A stretch of 64,000 bases of DNA, taken from contig OZ244160.1 in assembly GCA_965216325.1 (NCBI GenBank), positions 480,001 to 544,000 on the forward strand. Reading direction: 5' to 3'. Shown here piece after piece: positions 52,704-63,049 of the stretch (position 1 is its first letter; the number at the start of each line of letters is the position of its first letter). The position numbers and the translations under genes were made by a program. The notes under the pieces are model-generated. The model was not told the origin of the DNA, ran no database searches, and worked only from the letters and a program-made list of their open reading frames with translations. This stretch comes from Coraliomargarita sp. GTDB taxonomy: Bacteria; Verrucomicrobiota; Verrucomicrobiia; Opitutales; Coraliomargaritaceae.

Positions 52704-53354
52704 CTAAATGCTGAATTGTTTTTGGAGCTCAATCAAGCTGCTGACTGCGGATTTTGCACCAGCAGCGATGAGTTCCTCAATGCTGTGTGCACCCGTGTTA
52801 ACGCAGTAACAGTTCAGTCCTGCATTGTTCGCAGTGGCAACGTCGGTGGGTGAATCGCCGATGCAGATTGCCGCGTTCTCTTGGCAGTTCATGGCTTCCA
52901 GGACGTAGCGTGTGAGTTTCGGTTCCGGCTTGCTCCACTCTGTATCAATGTTCCCAATACAAGTGTCGATATGCTTGGAAAAACCACAATGCTTGCTGAC
53001 CAGCCGTGCGGTTTCGCCGTGTTTGTTAGTCAGGATCGCCTGCGGAATACGGTGTTCGGCAAACGCGGTGATTAAATCATGTGCACCCGGCAATACGATC
53101 AGGCCTTCGAACATGATTTCTGGAAAGCGTGCGCGGAAGGCACGGCAGGCTTCGTCCATTTGATCGGGGTGAATGAACAGTTCCATGGTCGAGGCCATGG
53201 GGCCACCCAGACTGCGTCGGATGACTTCTGGGTCGGGTGTGGGGTTGCCGAGCGTAGTCACCACGTCAGCAAAGCAACGTATGATAGCCGCGGTTTGGTC
53301 GATGAGTGTGCCGTCCATGTCCCATATGACGGCGGATGGTCTGTCGAGTTTCAC
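52704..53354 (-). CDS. HAD family hydrolase (phosphoglycolate phosphatase-like)
   Basis: WDMDGTLID, LTNK, KPEP, IGDSPTD. Confidence 0.9.
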   Translation of the reverse strand: MKLDRPSAVIWDMDGTLIDQTAAIIRCFADVVTTLGNPTPDPEVIRRSLGGPMASTMELFIHPDQMDEACRAFRARFPEIMFEGLIVLPGAHDLITAFAEHRIPQAILTNKHGETARLVSKHCGFSKHIDTCIGNIDTEWSKPEPKLTRYVLEAMNCQENAAICIGDSPTDVATANNAGLNCYCVNTGAHSIEELIAAGAKSAVSSLIELQKQFSI

Positions 53355-54017
53355 TTAGGATGCAGGTTGGTTGACTTGTATGCTGAATACTGCCTGTGCA
53401 AGTTCGGGCATGTCAGCATAAATACCAGCGGCACGGGTTTCTTCTTTCAATTGTGCGACACTATGGCTGCCGGTGGCGACCAGATAGCAGGGCATGCCCA
53501 AGCAATCGGCGGCCTCATAATCAAAGGGAGAGTCTCCGATCATTATGGCATCTGAAGCTGATGCCTTTAAGCGGTTTAAGGCGTATTGAGTGAATTCGGC
53601 TTGTGGTTTACGGTAAGCTGTGTCGGCGGTGCCGATCACTGCATCCAGATGCTGGTTTAGACCGAGGTGCTTGAGGATGGCTCTGGAGTGATCACCGATT
53701 TTGTTGGTGAAGACTGCGGTTTGCTTGCCTTGTTCTTTCAGTGACTGGAGTAGTGCCTCAACACCCGGTAGCACGATGGCGTCTTCAAGCATGACTGTCT
53801 CGAAGTGTTTTTTAAAGTGCGGGAGTGCCTCCTCTGCCAGGGACTCGCCCAGTAGGCGAGTCAAGGTTAGCTCAATGCCACCCCCGACGGTGCTACGAAC
53901 GGTGTCGTAACTCGATTCGGGGAGGTCGAGTTGCTGTTGAGCATAGGCGATGCTTTTATGAATGGCGGTGAAGTGATCGATCAACGTCCCGTCCAGATCA
54001 AAGAGTATGTGCTGCAT
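53355..54017 (-). CDS. HAD family hydrolase (phosphoglycolate phosphatase-like)
   Basis: FDLDGTLID, FTNK, RKP, IGDSPFD. Confidence 0.9.
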   Translation of the reverse strand: MQHILFDLDGTLIDHFTAIHKSIAYAQQQLDLPESSYDTVRSTVGGGIELTLTRLLGESLAEEALPHFKKHFETVMLEDAIVLPGVEALLQSLKEQGKQTAVFTNKIGDHSRAILKHLGLNQHLDAVIGTADTAYRKPQAEFTQYALNRLKASASDAIMIGDSPFDYEAADCLGMPCYLVATGSHSVAQLKEETRAAGIYADMPELAQAVFSIQVNQPAS

Positions 54018-54117
54018 AATGATGCCTGTTTCTGTGCTTTGATGGCTTGCGAAGAGCTTTGGATGCAGGAGTTTTGCACTTGTGGCAAGCGTAGGACTCT
54101 CCCATAAAGATCACTTT

Positions 54118-55254
54118 ATGCCGAGCGAGTCTGGTCAGAATGCAGTGCTGGAGCTAAAGCGTGTCGATAAGGAGTTATTGGTCAGCTTCTCGGGTAACTG
54201 GCTCCTAAAGGCAAAACGGCCGTTGATACAGGGGCTGGTGGATCAGTTGGCACATTCTGGCGACCTGCGAAGCTTGCGTTTGAATGCGGGCAATTTGGGA
54301 GAATGGGACAGTAGTTTACTGACTTTTGTGCGTAAATGCTACGATCACGGTGTTGAGGCAGGAGTGGAGGTCCATCTGGACGGACTGCCAGAGGGGGTCC
54401 GAAATATGATGCGTCTTTCGCTGGCGGTTCCGGAGTTCAAGCGCGAGTCGGACCGGGATCCCGACCGTCTCACCCGTATTGGCAATGTGACGCTTCAGTT
54501 ACTGGCCGGACTCGGGGGGTATTTGGGATTTATCGGACAACTTCTTCTTGATTTTGGCTCCTTGCTACGAGGGCGTGCGCAGATTAAGATTAAGGATTTT
54601 CTGCTCTTGCTGCAGGAGACCGGAGTGAATGCCTTGCCGATAGTTATCTTACTGAATGGCCTCACGGGCTTGATTATTGGCTTTATTGGAGTGATCCAGT
54701 TGCAGAAGTTTGCTGCGGACATTTTTGTGGCCGACTTGGTTGGGGTGGCGACTACACGCGAATTGGGTGCGGTGATTACGGGTGTGATTATGGCTGGCCG
54801 AACGGGGGCAGCGTTTGCTGCCCAAATAGGCAGTATGCAAGTCAATGAAGAGGTGGATGCACTGACTACATTTGGAATTTCTCCGATGCAGTTTTTAGTC
54901 CTACCGCGATTGATTGCTTTGGTGCTGATGATGCCACTTCTCTGTGTGATCGGAGATGTTGTGGGCGTGCTTGGAGGTATGGTCATTGCCGTGACGATTT
55001 CAGATGTGTCGATGCTGCAATATTTTAATCAAGTTGAGTCCGCGGTGTCTCTGGCGGACTTTTTAATTGGCATTTTCAAAGCTGGGGTGTTCGGCATCAT
55101 TATTGCCTTAGCGGGTTGTTATCGTGGTTTGACTTGTGGCCGTGACGCGACAGCCGTTGGTATGGCTGCGACATCCGCTGTCGTTACGTCCATTACCTGG
55201 TTAGTCGTCGCGGATGCTTTATTCGCAGTGCTCTTTCACATTTTAGGCCTGTAA
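54118..55254 (+). CDS. mlaE: MlaE-family ABC permease with an N-terminal STAS-like domain
   Basis: WDSS STAS-like motif; RELG..IT..IMAGRTGAAFAAQIGSMQVNEEVDAL; LVLPR. Confidence 0.9.
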   Translation: MPSESGQNAVLELKRVDKELLVSFSGNWLLKAKRPLIQGLVDQLAHSGDLRSLRLNAGNLGEWDSSLLTFVRKCYDHGVEAGVEVHLDGLPEGVRNMMRLSLAVPEFKRESDRDPDRLTRIGNVTLQLLAGLGGYLGFIGQLLLDFGSLLRGRAQIKIKDFLLLLQETGVNALPIVILLNGLTGLIIGFIGVIQLQKFAADIFVADLVGVATTRELGAVITGVIMAGRTGAAFAAQIGSMQVNEEVDALTTFGISPMQFLVLPRLIALVLMMPLLCVIGDVVGVLGGMVIAVTISDVSMLQYFNQVESAVSLADFLIGIFKAGVFGIIIALAGCYRGLTCGRDATAVGMAATSAVVTSITWLVVADALFAVLFHILGL

Positions 55255-55260
55255 CGATTC

Positions 55261-56028
55261 ATGACCTCAGTGAAAAACAAAATCACAGTGAAGAATCTGA
55301 CCATGGCGTATGGTGATTATGTTGTGATGCGTCAGTTGAACTTTGCTGTGCGCGAAGGGGAGGTGAAGGTCCTGATGGGCGGCAGTGGTTGTGGGAAGAG
55401 CACTCTCCTAAAGTATCTGATCGGGTTGTGCGCCAGTTCGGAGGGCGCCATTTACTACGGAGACGACTTATTTCATCCCGATCAGGCCAACTTTCAGCAG
55501 ATCTGTCGCCGTTTTGGTGTGCTCTTTCAGTCAGGTGCCTTGTGGAGTTCCATGACCGTGGAGGAGAACTGCGCACTGCCACTGGAGCAGTATAGCGACT
55601 TGAGCCCTAAAGAGATCAAAGAGCTGGTAGACTTTAAACTCTCTCTGGTCGGGCTCGCGGGCTTTGGGCACCGTTTCCCATCCGAGTTGAGTGGTGGAAT
55701 GCGCAAGCGTGCGGGCTTGGCTCGAGCGATTGCCTTGGACCCGGAGATCTTGTTTTTTGACGAGCCCTCGGCTGGCTTGGACCCGGTCAGTTCGGCTCGT
55801 TTGGATGAGCTGATCTTAGAGTTGCGCAATGCCCTAGGAGCGACAGTCGTGATTGTCACACACGAACTAGCAAGTATTTTTGCGATTGCAGACTCGGCCC
55901 TCTATCTCGACGTGGAGACCAAGACCGCGCTCTGTGATGCGGATCCTAAAGAAATGCTTCGCGACTCATCCCTGGATGAAAAAGTAAAACGCTTCCTTAC
56001 GCGCGGTGGCGCTGAGATACATACTTAG
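55261..56028 (+). CDS. mlaF: MlaF-family ABC ATPase
   Basis: [47 protein letters not shown]. Confidence 0.93.
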   Translation: MTSVKNKITVKNLTMAYGDYVVMRQLNFAVREGEVKVLMGGSGCGKSTLLKYLIGLCASSEGAIYYGDDLFHPDQANFQQICRRFGVLFQSGALWSSMTVEENCALPLEQYSDLSPKEIKELVDFKLSLVGLAGFGHRFPSELSGGMRKRAGLARAIALDPEILFFDEPSAGLDPVSSARLDELILELRNALGATVVIVTHELASIFAIADSALYLDVETKTALCDADPKEMLRDSSLDEKVKRFLTRGGAEIHT

Positions 56029-56078
56029 CTCATTGATTTTTAGCGATTTCGTAGATAACTTTTTTAACCTCCATTATC

Positions 56079-57086
56079 GTGACTCGTAAGCCTAATCCCC
56101 AACTCATCGGTGCCTTTATCACCTTCGCAGGTGCAATTTTGGTCATGCTGATCATGTATTTTGGTTCAGATAAACTGTCCAAGGCAGGGACGCGCTATCT
56201 GATGTTTTTCGATCAATCGGTGAATGGTCTTAGTGAAGGCTCATCGGTTAAATACCGGGGGGTGCCGATTGGCAGTGTGGAGCGTATCCTGATTCATGTG
56301 GAGGGGCAAAAGGATGCCTCTAAGGCGATCCCTGTTATTATCAGTATCGACCACAACCGCTTGGTGCGTGAATTTGTCGATTCGAATGCAGAGTATGAGG
56401 AAGTCTCGCTACAAGAGCTGGTTGATCGTGGCCTCATTGCGCGATTGAACTTGGAGAGCCTGATTACTGGGCAATTGTTCGTTGAACTGGGATATATGGA
56501 TGTGCACGCTCGAAATTACGTATCTCATATGTCGGTGTCAGGCGAGATGATTGAAATTCCTACAGTCGGCTCTTCGCTGGATAAGATTACAGAGGATGCT
56601 GCCGTGCTCATTGCGAAGTTCACAGAGTTGGATTTCGAGGGGATTGTGAACAATACGAATGAGCTTTTGGAGGATTTGGAAAATCAGGTCGAAAACCTAA
56701 ATACTGCTGGAGTGAGTGAAGCGTTGGTTCGAGCTGCCAATGAAGTGAACGATTTTGTGGAGTCCGATGAATTAGGGAAGACATTACGTGAACTCCGTGA
56801 GTCGCTCGAAGTGGTGAATCAGACGATACAGACTTACAATATGGAGAATGGGGCGCTCGGCGATAAGGTGGATCGCTTGGTGGTTTCGGTGGATGAAAGT
56901 TTAGAAGGCTTTGATGAATTGGTTGAGCAGACTTCGGAGGTGCTCAAGCCTGGATCGATGATGCGCGTAGAGATGGGAATGGCATTACGTGAGTTGCGCC
57001 GAACCGCTCAGTCCATTCGTTTACTGACAGACTATATTGAGCGCAATCCAAACGCATTGCTAACCGGACGCCCGAAAGAGGATTAA
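56079..57086 (+). CDS. mlaD: MCE/MlaD domain protein with a long helical tail
   Basis: N-terminal TM, SVNGLSEGSSVKYRGVPIGSV, SLITGQLFVEL, ERNPNALLTG. Confidence 0.9.
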   Translation: MTRKPNPQLIGAFITFAGAILVMLIMYFGSDKLSKAGTRYLMFFDQSVNGLSEGSSVKYRGVPIGSVERILIHVEGQKDASKAIPVIISIDHNRLVREFVDSNAEYEEVSLQELVDRGLIARLNLESLITGQLFVELGYMDVHARNYVSHMSVSGEMIEIPTVGSSLDKITEDAAVLIAKFTELDFEGIVNNTNELLEDLENQVENLNTAGVSEALVRAANEVNDFVESDELGKTLRELRESLEVVNQTIQTYNMENGALGDKVDRLVVSVDESLEGFDELVEQTSEVLKPGSMMRVEMGMALRELRRTAQSIRLLTDYIERNPNALLTGRPKED

Positions 57087-57098
57087 TCGTCGAGCTGT

Positions 57099-57698
57099 AT
57101 GACTATGAAATATTGTTTAATGGTGCTCTTATTGCCGATTTTATTTTCGGGCTGTGTTAATTTGAAGCCAGATCAGGCGACATTGGATCGCTACGCGCTT
57201 GGGCCTACTGACTTGGCGGAAGCGTCTCCTGCAGCGGGGGGCAAAATACTCTACATTGCTCGACCGAACACGCCGGCTTATATCGAGGCTGATCGGATGT
57301 ATCTCTGGGGCGAGGATGGTAAGATTCGCAAGGCGAGAACGGTGCGCTGGGCTGAGCCGTTTAATGAGGGCTTGGCGCGTGCGCTTGCGGAATACATTGA
57401 ATTAAACTCGCCGCATCGGGTGAGTGCATATTATCCTTGGCAGTCGCAGGGTGTAGAGCGGTGCACTGTTCAGCTAAATGTCTATAAGCTGATTGCCCTT
57501 GATGCGGGCAAGCTCTTGGCTGATATTGGTTGGCGCATTGACGCATCCGCAGGGGAGGCAACTGTTGGTCGCTATCAAGCAAGCTTTGACTGGGATCCGG
57601 TGGATTTTGTGACGTATGTGGCTGCAATGAATGCCGCCGTTGAAGGCTTGGCGAATGAGTTGAGCTCAGCACTTTCGTCTGCGGAGACTAAAAAATAG
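57099..57698 (+). CDS. PqiC-like outer membrane lipoprotein (ABC transport auxiliary)
   Basis: Lipobox FSGC, Y.L, P.YI, RWAEP; follows the MCE gene. Confidence 0.85.
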   Translation: MTMKYCLMVLLLPILFSGCVNLKPDQATLDRYALGPTDLAEASPAAGGKILYIARPNTPAYIEADRMYLWGEDGKIRKARTVRWAEPFNEGLARALAEYIELNSPHRVSAYYPWQSQGVERCTVQLNVYKLIALDAGKLLADIGWRIDASAGEATVGRYQASFDWDPVDFVTYVAAMNAAVEGLANELSSALSSAETKK

Positions 57699-57846
57699 TA
57701 TAGCCTATTAAAGCGAGAATCAGAAGCAATAAGAGCACCGATAGGCTGAACCGTTCTTGTTGAGTGAGTCTCATTGGGGCATTTAACGTTTGTCACTAAC
57801 GCCCTACAAGATTTGAATAATCGTTAAATTCGGCCAGACTTAGCGT

Positions 57847-58419
57847 ATGAAACGATTTCACCTGTTTGCTTTTAGTTTGTTTCTTACGGTATCCCTTGGA
57901 ATGCTCGGCTGCGCGACTAGCGATGATGGGCGCTCGGAGTTTACTAAGACGATTAATTTCAGCCAGCTGGATACCTTTAGCTATCAGAGGACATTGGTCA
58001 GTGGCATGCAGTGGCGTGAATCAGAAGAGTATTTCCTCGAAGAGTGGTCTAAGCAAGTGATCGAGCAGGAGATGGCACAGCGTGGCTTCGAATTGGTAGA
58101 TGCCGATGCCGATTTTTATGCAGTCGTTAAGTGGCGCAAGAATGTGAGTTCTTACGTTAATAACTTCGACCCGATTGATGGCCCGGGAGCGACGATCAAC
58201 CGCAGAAATACGAGTCCAACAAGTTTCGCTGCACGAGTCTCGATGACGATAGAGCTTTATAATGCTGAGACCGGTGATCTGTTTTGGCGCAAGGACCAAC
58301 CCAACTTATTCGATGCGATCCAATTTACCCAGGATCGCGTAACGAAGTCCCTGCAGCGAGGCATTCAGAACTTCCCTGAGCGTGTGATTAAAGATCCGAA
58401 TCTGCCGAATATTGAATAA
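57847..58419 (+). CDS. DUF4136-like lipoprotein
   Basis: Lipobox MLGC, FSQLDTFSY, RGF...DADF, IELYNAETG.LFWR, NFP. Confidence 0.75.
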   Translation: MKRFHLFAFSLFLTVSLGMLGCATSDDGRSEFTKTINFSQLDTFSYQRTLVSGMQWRESEEYFLEEWSKQVIEQEMAQRGFELVDADADFYAVVKWRKNVSSYVNNFDPIDGPGATINRRNTSPTSFAARVSMTIELYNAETGDLFWRKDQPNLFDAIQFTQDRVTKSLQRGIQNFPERVIKDPNLPNIE

Positions 58420-58458
58420 GTTTTCTTAGAATCATTCACCTACAACTGACTAACTACT

Positions 58459-59277
58459 ATGGACCAAGAAACTATCGATGCTATTTTCCTCAGACTCTCT
58501 GATTGGAGTCTTCGAATCGTCTTCGCTTTAGTTATCTTTTTTGTCGGCACATGGATCGCCCGGAAAGTTAAAAGCATGCTGACCAATGTGATGACAAAGA
58601 AGGAAATTGACCCGACCCTGGTCGGCTTTCTTGCCAACATTGCTTATGGTGCGATCGTTGTTTTCGTGGTGATTGCCGCGATCAGTAAGCTGGGCGTCAA
58701 TACGACCTCCTTTGCTGCGGTAATCGCTGCCGCAGGTTTGGCCATCGGTTTGGCGCTTCAGGGCTCCTTGTCCAATTTTGCCTCGGGTGTCTTGATTATC
58801 ATCTTCAAGCCATTCAAAGCGGGAGACTTCATTGTCGCTGGTGGTGAGACGGGTGTGGTTGTCGAAGTCGGTCTTCTTGCGACTGAAATGAAGACGGGGG
58901 ATAACATTAAAATTATCCTGCCAAACTCATCCGCTATGGGCGGTTCGATTAAAAACTTTTCTGCGCATCCGACCCGCCGTGTGGACATGACCATTGGTGT
59001 TGGCTACGGAGACAACCTGAGCAAGGCGAAGGAAGTGATTGAAGCGGTTATTGCTGCGGATGAAAGAGTCCTGAAGGACCCGGAGCCGGTGGTTGCGGTG
59101 GCCAATCTCGGTGATAGCAGCGTCGATTTCGTGGTTCGCCCATGGGTGAATTCTGCTGACTACTGGGGCTTCAAGTTTGACTTCACTAAAGCGATTAAGG
59201 AGCGCCTGGATGAAGAGGGCATCAGTATTCCATTCCCGCAACGAGATATCCATGTCTTCCAGGAAGCCGGATCTTAA
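58459..59277 (+). CDS. mscS: Small-conductance mechanosensitive channel
   Basis: AGLAIGLALQGSLSNFASG, KPFKAGD, PN, RRVD, GISIPFPQ. Confidence 0.96.
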   Translation: MDQETIDAIFLRLSDWSLRIVFALVIFFVGTWIARKVKSMLTNVMTKKEIDPTLVGFLANIAYGAIVVFVVIAAISKLGVNTTSFAAVIAAAGLAIGLALQGSLSNFASGVLIIIFKPFKAGDFIVAGGETGVVVEVGLLATEMKTGDNIKIILPNSSAMGGSIKNFSAHPTRRVDMTIGVGYGDNLSKAKEVIEAVIAADERVLKDPEPVVAVANLGDSSVDFVVRPWVNSADYWGFKFDFTKAIKERLDEEGISIPFPQRDIHVFQEAGS

Positions 59278-59305
59278 AGACGTCAAACAGGCCTGACTTT
59301 TTACC

Positions 59306-59333
59306 AAGCCGCTGGGATTCCAGCGGCTTTTTT
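59306..59333 (+). terminator. Terminator after mscS
   Basis: AAGCCGCTGG-gatt-CCAGCGGC followed by T6. Confidence 0.88.
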
Positions 59334-59457
59334 ATGCGTTATGATTACTTCTCGGGCTAGGGAGGCCTGCCCTCTCTACCTTGGATGTTATCTATTCGCG
59401 TCAGAGTAAAACTGCGGAATTAGAACGTGGTTTACCCCGATCACAGATGTAGAGCTT

Positions 59458-60015
59458 TTATGCACTATGCGCTTTGACCAGCTGTGTGAAATCACGGAAT
59501 TTCGGATGCTCCGCGCTGCCGAGGAGGCTGTAGAAGATGGTTTCCGATGGGAGCACGTGGGCATCCATGCTGAGCAGTTGAGTTAAGACGGCCTGACGAT
59601 CTTGCGGTCGGCGCTCACCGATACAGTCGGACAGAAGTGTGACGCCCGTTCCGTTGCCAAGTGCTTGGACCGCAGTTTGATACACGCAAATGGAGGTTTC
59701 GATGCCGATCAGCAGCAGGTGGTCAATTTGACTGGTCTCGATCCAGCGAGTGACTCCGTCCGCTTCAAGGGCCGAGAAGGCGCTCTTGTCGAAGGTCGGT
59801 GTATGTTCTGGCAGGGCCGCTTGGATGGCCGCATTCGTGGCACCGAGTTTTTCAGGCAGTTGTTCGGTGACGGCGACTTTACAGCCGAGAAGCTTGGCCG
59901 CCTCAATCGCAAAGGTGCTGCGCTTGAGGAGAGTTTCTTGCTCGGGTATGGCTTTGAGGAAGACGTCCTGCAGGTCGACGACGAGCAGGCCAAGATGATT
60001 GATTGGATCTGACAT
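59458..60015 (-). CDS. Isochorismatase family hydrolase
   Basis: LLVVDLQ, TEQ.P.KLG.T, K..FS, GIETSICVYQT; ATG 60015 preferred. Confidence 0.92.
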   Translation of the reverse strand: MSDPINHLGLLVVDLQDVFLKAIPEQETLLKRSTFAIEAAKLLGCKVAVTEQLPEKLGATNAAIQAALPEHTPTFDKSAFSALEADGVTRWIETSQIDHLLLIGIETSICVYQTAVQALGNGTGVTLLSDCIGERRPQDRQAVLTQLLSMDAHVLPSETIFYSLLGSAEHPKFRDFTQLVKAHSA

Positions 60016-60112
60016 ACTAAAAGTGAAGGTGTGAAATGAAAGTGAGCGTGTTGTACTTCGGTTCAGGGACAAATTCTTTTTCGACTGTCAGATGGCACGA
60101 TCACGTCCACTT

Positions 60113-60793
60113 CTAGACTGGGTCGGGCAGTCGTTTGCTGTGGGCATAGGTTTTTCGTGCGCGGACTTGGTAGAGTGTTCCTGCGCCAAGCACATAAGCG
60201 GTAAGGTGCCCGCCGTAGACGCAGCCGGTATCGATGCCAATTGAACCCGGGCGCTCAAATACATTGGCTCGAGGGGTGTGTCCGTAGACGACAAAGGGAT
60301 CGCCGTGCCAGCTTTCGGCCCAGGATGGCGCGTCAGGAGCATCGGAGTGTTTCGCCGCTTGCCCTGCCTTAGTCAGCACTTGAATGCTGGTGATGGTATC
60401 CAGCGACTGTGCGCTCCATGGGATTTCCGGGAGAAAGCCACCGTGCACGAAAACAGTGGCGTGTTTCTTCAAGTAGATGTGGCCGGGAAGTTGTTCCAAG
60501 TAGCGCCAGTCCTTGCGGTGGAGTTGCTGGATCGTGTTGAGATCGTAGTCTTTCAGTAGGCTGGGTTTGCGCTGGCGAAGTGCGCGCAGAATACGGAGTT
60601 CGTGATTGCCCAAAATCGCTTCGACGCCGTATTCACGGGCCAAACCGATCACGCCACGGCTATCGGGGCCGCGATTCACGAGGTCTCCCAGTTGGATGAG
60701 CCGGTCATGCTTGGTGGGCTTGATCGCTTGCAGCAGCTCCGCAAATTCCTCTGCGCAGCCATGCACATCTCCAATTGCGATGATACGTCCCAT
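60113..60793 (-). CDS. Metallophosphoesterase (ApaH/PrpE-like)
   Basis: IGDVHGC, GDLVNRGPDS, GNHE, VHGG, YGHTP, IDTGCVYGG.LTA; real start 60793. Confidence 0.93.
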   Translation of the reverse strand: MGRIIAIGDVHGCAEEFAELLQAIKPTKHDRLIQLGDLVNRGPDSRGVIGLAREYGVEAILGNHELRILRALRQRKPSLLKDYDLNTIQQLHRKDWRYLEQLPGHIYLKKHATVFVHGGFLPEIPWSAQSLDTITSIQVLTKAGQAAKHSDAPDAPSWAESWHGDPFVVYGHTPRANVFERPGSIGIDTGCVYGGHLTAYVLGAGTLYQVRARKTYAHSKRLPDPV

Positions 60794-60890
60794 ACCTGAA
60801 AGCGTCGAATGCCGGACAAATCGCTGCAAGTTAAAAGCACTACAAGCTTGTCGAATCGCTCTCGCTGGCTGAACATGCGCCCATTCACTT

Positions 60891-61394
60891 ATGGAATGGC
60901 AAATCAAGACAATTGCACGCAGGTCCGCATTGACGGGTGATTCGTTTGAACCAGGGCAGCAGGTGATCTGCCTGATTTTTAAGGACGAGGCGGCTGATGA
61001 TCTGGGCCGTGCCGATTTGCTCTTGGAAGAGGTGGATGATTTCGAAGTGCCCGGTCCTGTCTTGGGGCGTTGGACGCGAGTCATTAAAGATCCGGACGAT
61101 GAGGCAGAAGGTGCCAAGATGGTGATGGCTTCCGCCGAAGACTTTTTCATGTCCCTCTTCGAGGTTGAGCAGACCGAGCCGGACCTGAAGTTGAAGACGG
61201 ATGGCCTGAAGCATATCCTGTCACTGATGCTTGAGCGCAAACGCGTGCTACGCGCGATCCCACCGCGCCAAATTGAAGGCATGCAGCGCTATCTAATCGT
61301 GAAGCGCAAAGAAGAGATCGAAGTGCCCATTGTTGCGATTTCTGCTGAATTGATGCTGCAGATGCAGGATACCATCGGCGATATTATTCTTTAA
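60891..61394 (+). CDS. Hypothetical protein
   Basis: Acidic 167-aa ORF heading a run of closely spaced + strand genes; LMLERKRVLR motif. Confidence 0.75.
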   Translation: MEWQIKTIARRSALTGDSFEPGQQVICLIFKDEAADDLGRADLLLEEVDDFEVPGPVLGRWTRVIKDPDDEAEGAKMVMASAEDFFMSLFEVEQTEPDLKLKTDGLKHILSLMLERKRVLRAIPPRQIEGMQRYLIVKRKEEIEVPIVAISAELMLQMQDTIGDIIL

Positions 61395-61407
61395 CTACCA
61401 ATACTCT

Positions 61408-61935
61408 ATGAAGTTTTCACTTTTGAAATATATCTCACTGGCAGCCATCGCGCTGTTTTCGCTCACTGGCTGTGTGACGGATGATTTGGTCGACATGATG
61501 GACGGTAACAATGTCGAGAACTATATGGTCCCGCGCATCATGGTTGAAGAGCGTGGAGTCGAATATGGTAGTTTGCGTGCCCTGAAGCTGACCCTACCTG
61601 TGAGCAAGACGCAGATCCAAGTGCTTCGTGAGCCGGTGGTTGGTGAGTACGAGATCATCAATATCGACATGGTGCAATTTGACTTGGGAATTGGTGTGCA
61701 GATACACCTGACGGAGCGCGGTGCACGTGCGCTTTACCGCACTTCGGTGACGCACCGGGGCAATCGAATTGTTCTACTCGCAAATGATCAGCCGGTCGGT
61801 GCACGCACCATTGACGGTGATATGACTGATGGCCGCTTCTACATGTATTTGGAGATGCCGGACGATGAAGTTGAGCAATTTGTGCTCGATATGCGCGAGA
61901 GCATCGCGGAACTCCAGACACAGTATAAATACTAA
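61408..61935 (+). CDS. Lipoprotein with a SecDF P1-head-like subdomain
   Basis: Lipobox LTGC; LTERGARALYR.S....G.RIVL..ND.PVGA..I. Confidence 0.65.
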   Translation: MKFSLLKYISLAAIALFSLTGCVTDDLVDMMDGNNVENYMVPRIMVEERGVEYGSLRALKLTLPVSKTQIQVLREPVVGEYEIINIDMVQFDLGIGVQIHLTERGARALYRTSVTHRGNRIVLLANDQPVGARTIDGDMTDGRFYMYLEMPDDEVEQFVLDMRESIAELQTQYKY

Positions 61936-61947
61936 ACGCCCATACAC

Positions 61948-62970
61948 TTGATGATGAGAGCGTTCTACCAACAAGCCATGCGATGGCTTGGTCTCTTGTT
62001 CCTTTGGCAATCCGTATCCGCCCAAGGCTTGATTTGGCCGACTCCGAATCCCGCGTTTCAAGAGGGGCGTCCAATCGAAGACTTTATTCAGCCGACTTCG
62101 TCCGGTAAAATTATTTCCGGTCTGTTTGGCTGCGTGCGCAACAATGGGCACAAATTCCATGAGGGGATCGACTTGTATCCGATCGCTCGCGATCGATCCG
62201 GGGAGGCGACCGATCCAATCTTCTCGGTGCTGCCCGGGCGCGTCGTGCATGTGAGCAAAGTCGCTGGGCACAGCAGCTATGGGCGTTATGTTGTCGTGCA
62301 GCACGATGGCGAAGAACCCGCGTTCCATACCCTGTATTCGCACTTAGCCAGTGTTGCAGATGGCATCGTTGCGGGCGCACGCGTTGAGGCCGGCACGACC
62401 TTAGGCATTATGGGGCGTTCGGCGACTTATACGATTCCCAAGTCGCGGGCGCACCTGCACTTTGAGATTGGTTTCGGTCTGACGGATGACTTTCAAGCGT
62501 GGTATGATCGCCAGAAGTTTGGCAGTAAAAACCGGCACGGTAAGTGGAATGGGATGAATCTGGTCAGCCTCGATCCGCTGAAATTTTACACTGCAATGCG
62601 CCATGGCAAAGTGAACGGCCTTGAGGATTTTCTGAAGAAAACCCCTGCGGTGGCACGCATCCGAGTTCATACACGACAGATTCCTGATTTCGTCCGTAAT
62701 TATCCGGCCCTGGTGACGCAGCCGTATGCTGGCCGTACTGTGGTTGCCTGGGATGTTGCGTTTACTGACTTTGGCTTACCGAAGGAGTGGACTCCGCGCT
62801 TTGAATATGAGCAGCTCGGTGGCCAGACCGGCGATGTGCGTGTGCTTAGTTATAGCCCAAGCATTCTTGAGAATCAGACCTGCCGTCGGGTTGTCGAGCT
62901 TGGAGGTAAGACGCCCACGATCTCGAAGTGGACGCTTAAAACCCTGCAGATGCTGTTTAATTTTCGTTGA
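61948..62970 (+). CDS. M23 family metallopeptidase
   Basis: HEGID, YGRYVVVQH, TLYSHL, G.MG, HLHFEI. Confidence 0.92.
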   Translation: MMMRAFYQQAMRWLGLLFLWQSVSAQGLIWPTPNPAFQEGRPIEDFIQPTSSGKIISGLFGCVRNNGHKFHEGIDLYPIARDRSGEATDPIFSVLPGRVVHVSKVAGHSSYGRYVVVQHDGEEPAFHTLYSHLASVADGIVAGARVEAGTTLGIMGRSATYTIPKSRAHLHFEIGFGLTDDFQAWYDRQKFGSKNRHGKWNGMNLVSLDPLKFYTAMRHGKVNGLEDFLKKTPAVARIRVHTRQIPDFVRNYPALVTQPYAGRTVVAWDVAFTDFGLPKEWTPRFEYEQLGGQTGDVRVLSYSPSILENQTCRRVVELGGKTPTISKWTLKTLQMLFNFR

Positions 62971-63049
62971 GTTGGAAACGGCTGAATCCTTGCCGTCAGA
63001 ATCGTTAATAGCGCTTTGATGGTGGTCGCATGGCCGGTTGTAGCTTATC

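Noticed and set aside
60794..61282. N-terminal extension of the phosphoesterase ORF
   Set aside because: It is the antisense of the 60891-61394 gene; the family motif begins at Met 60793.
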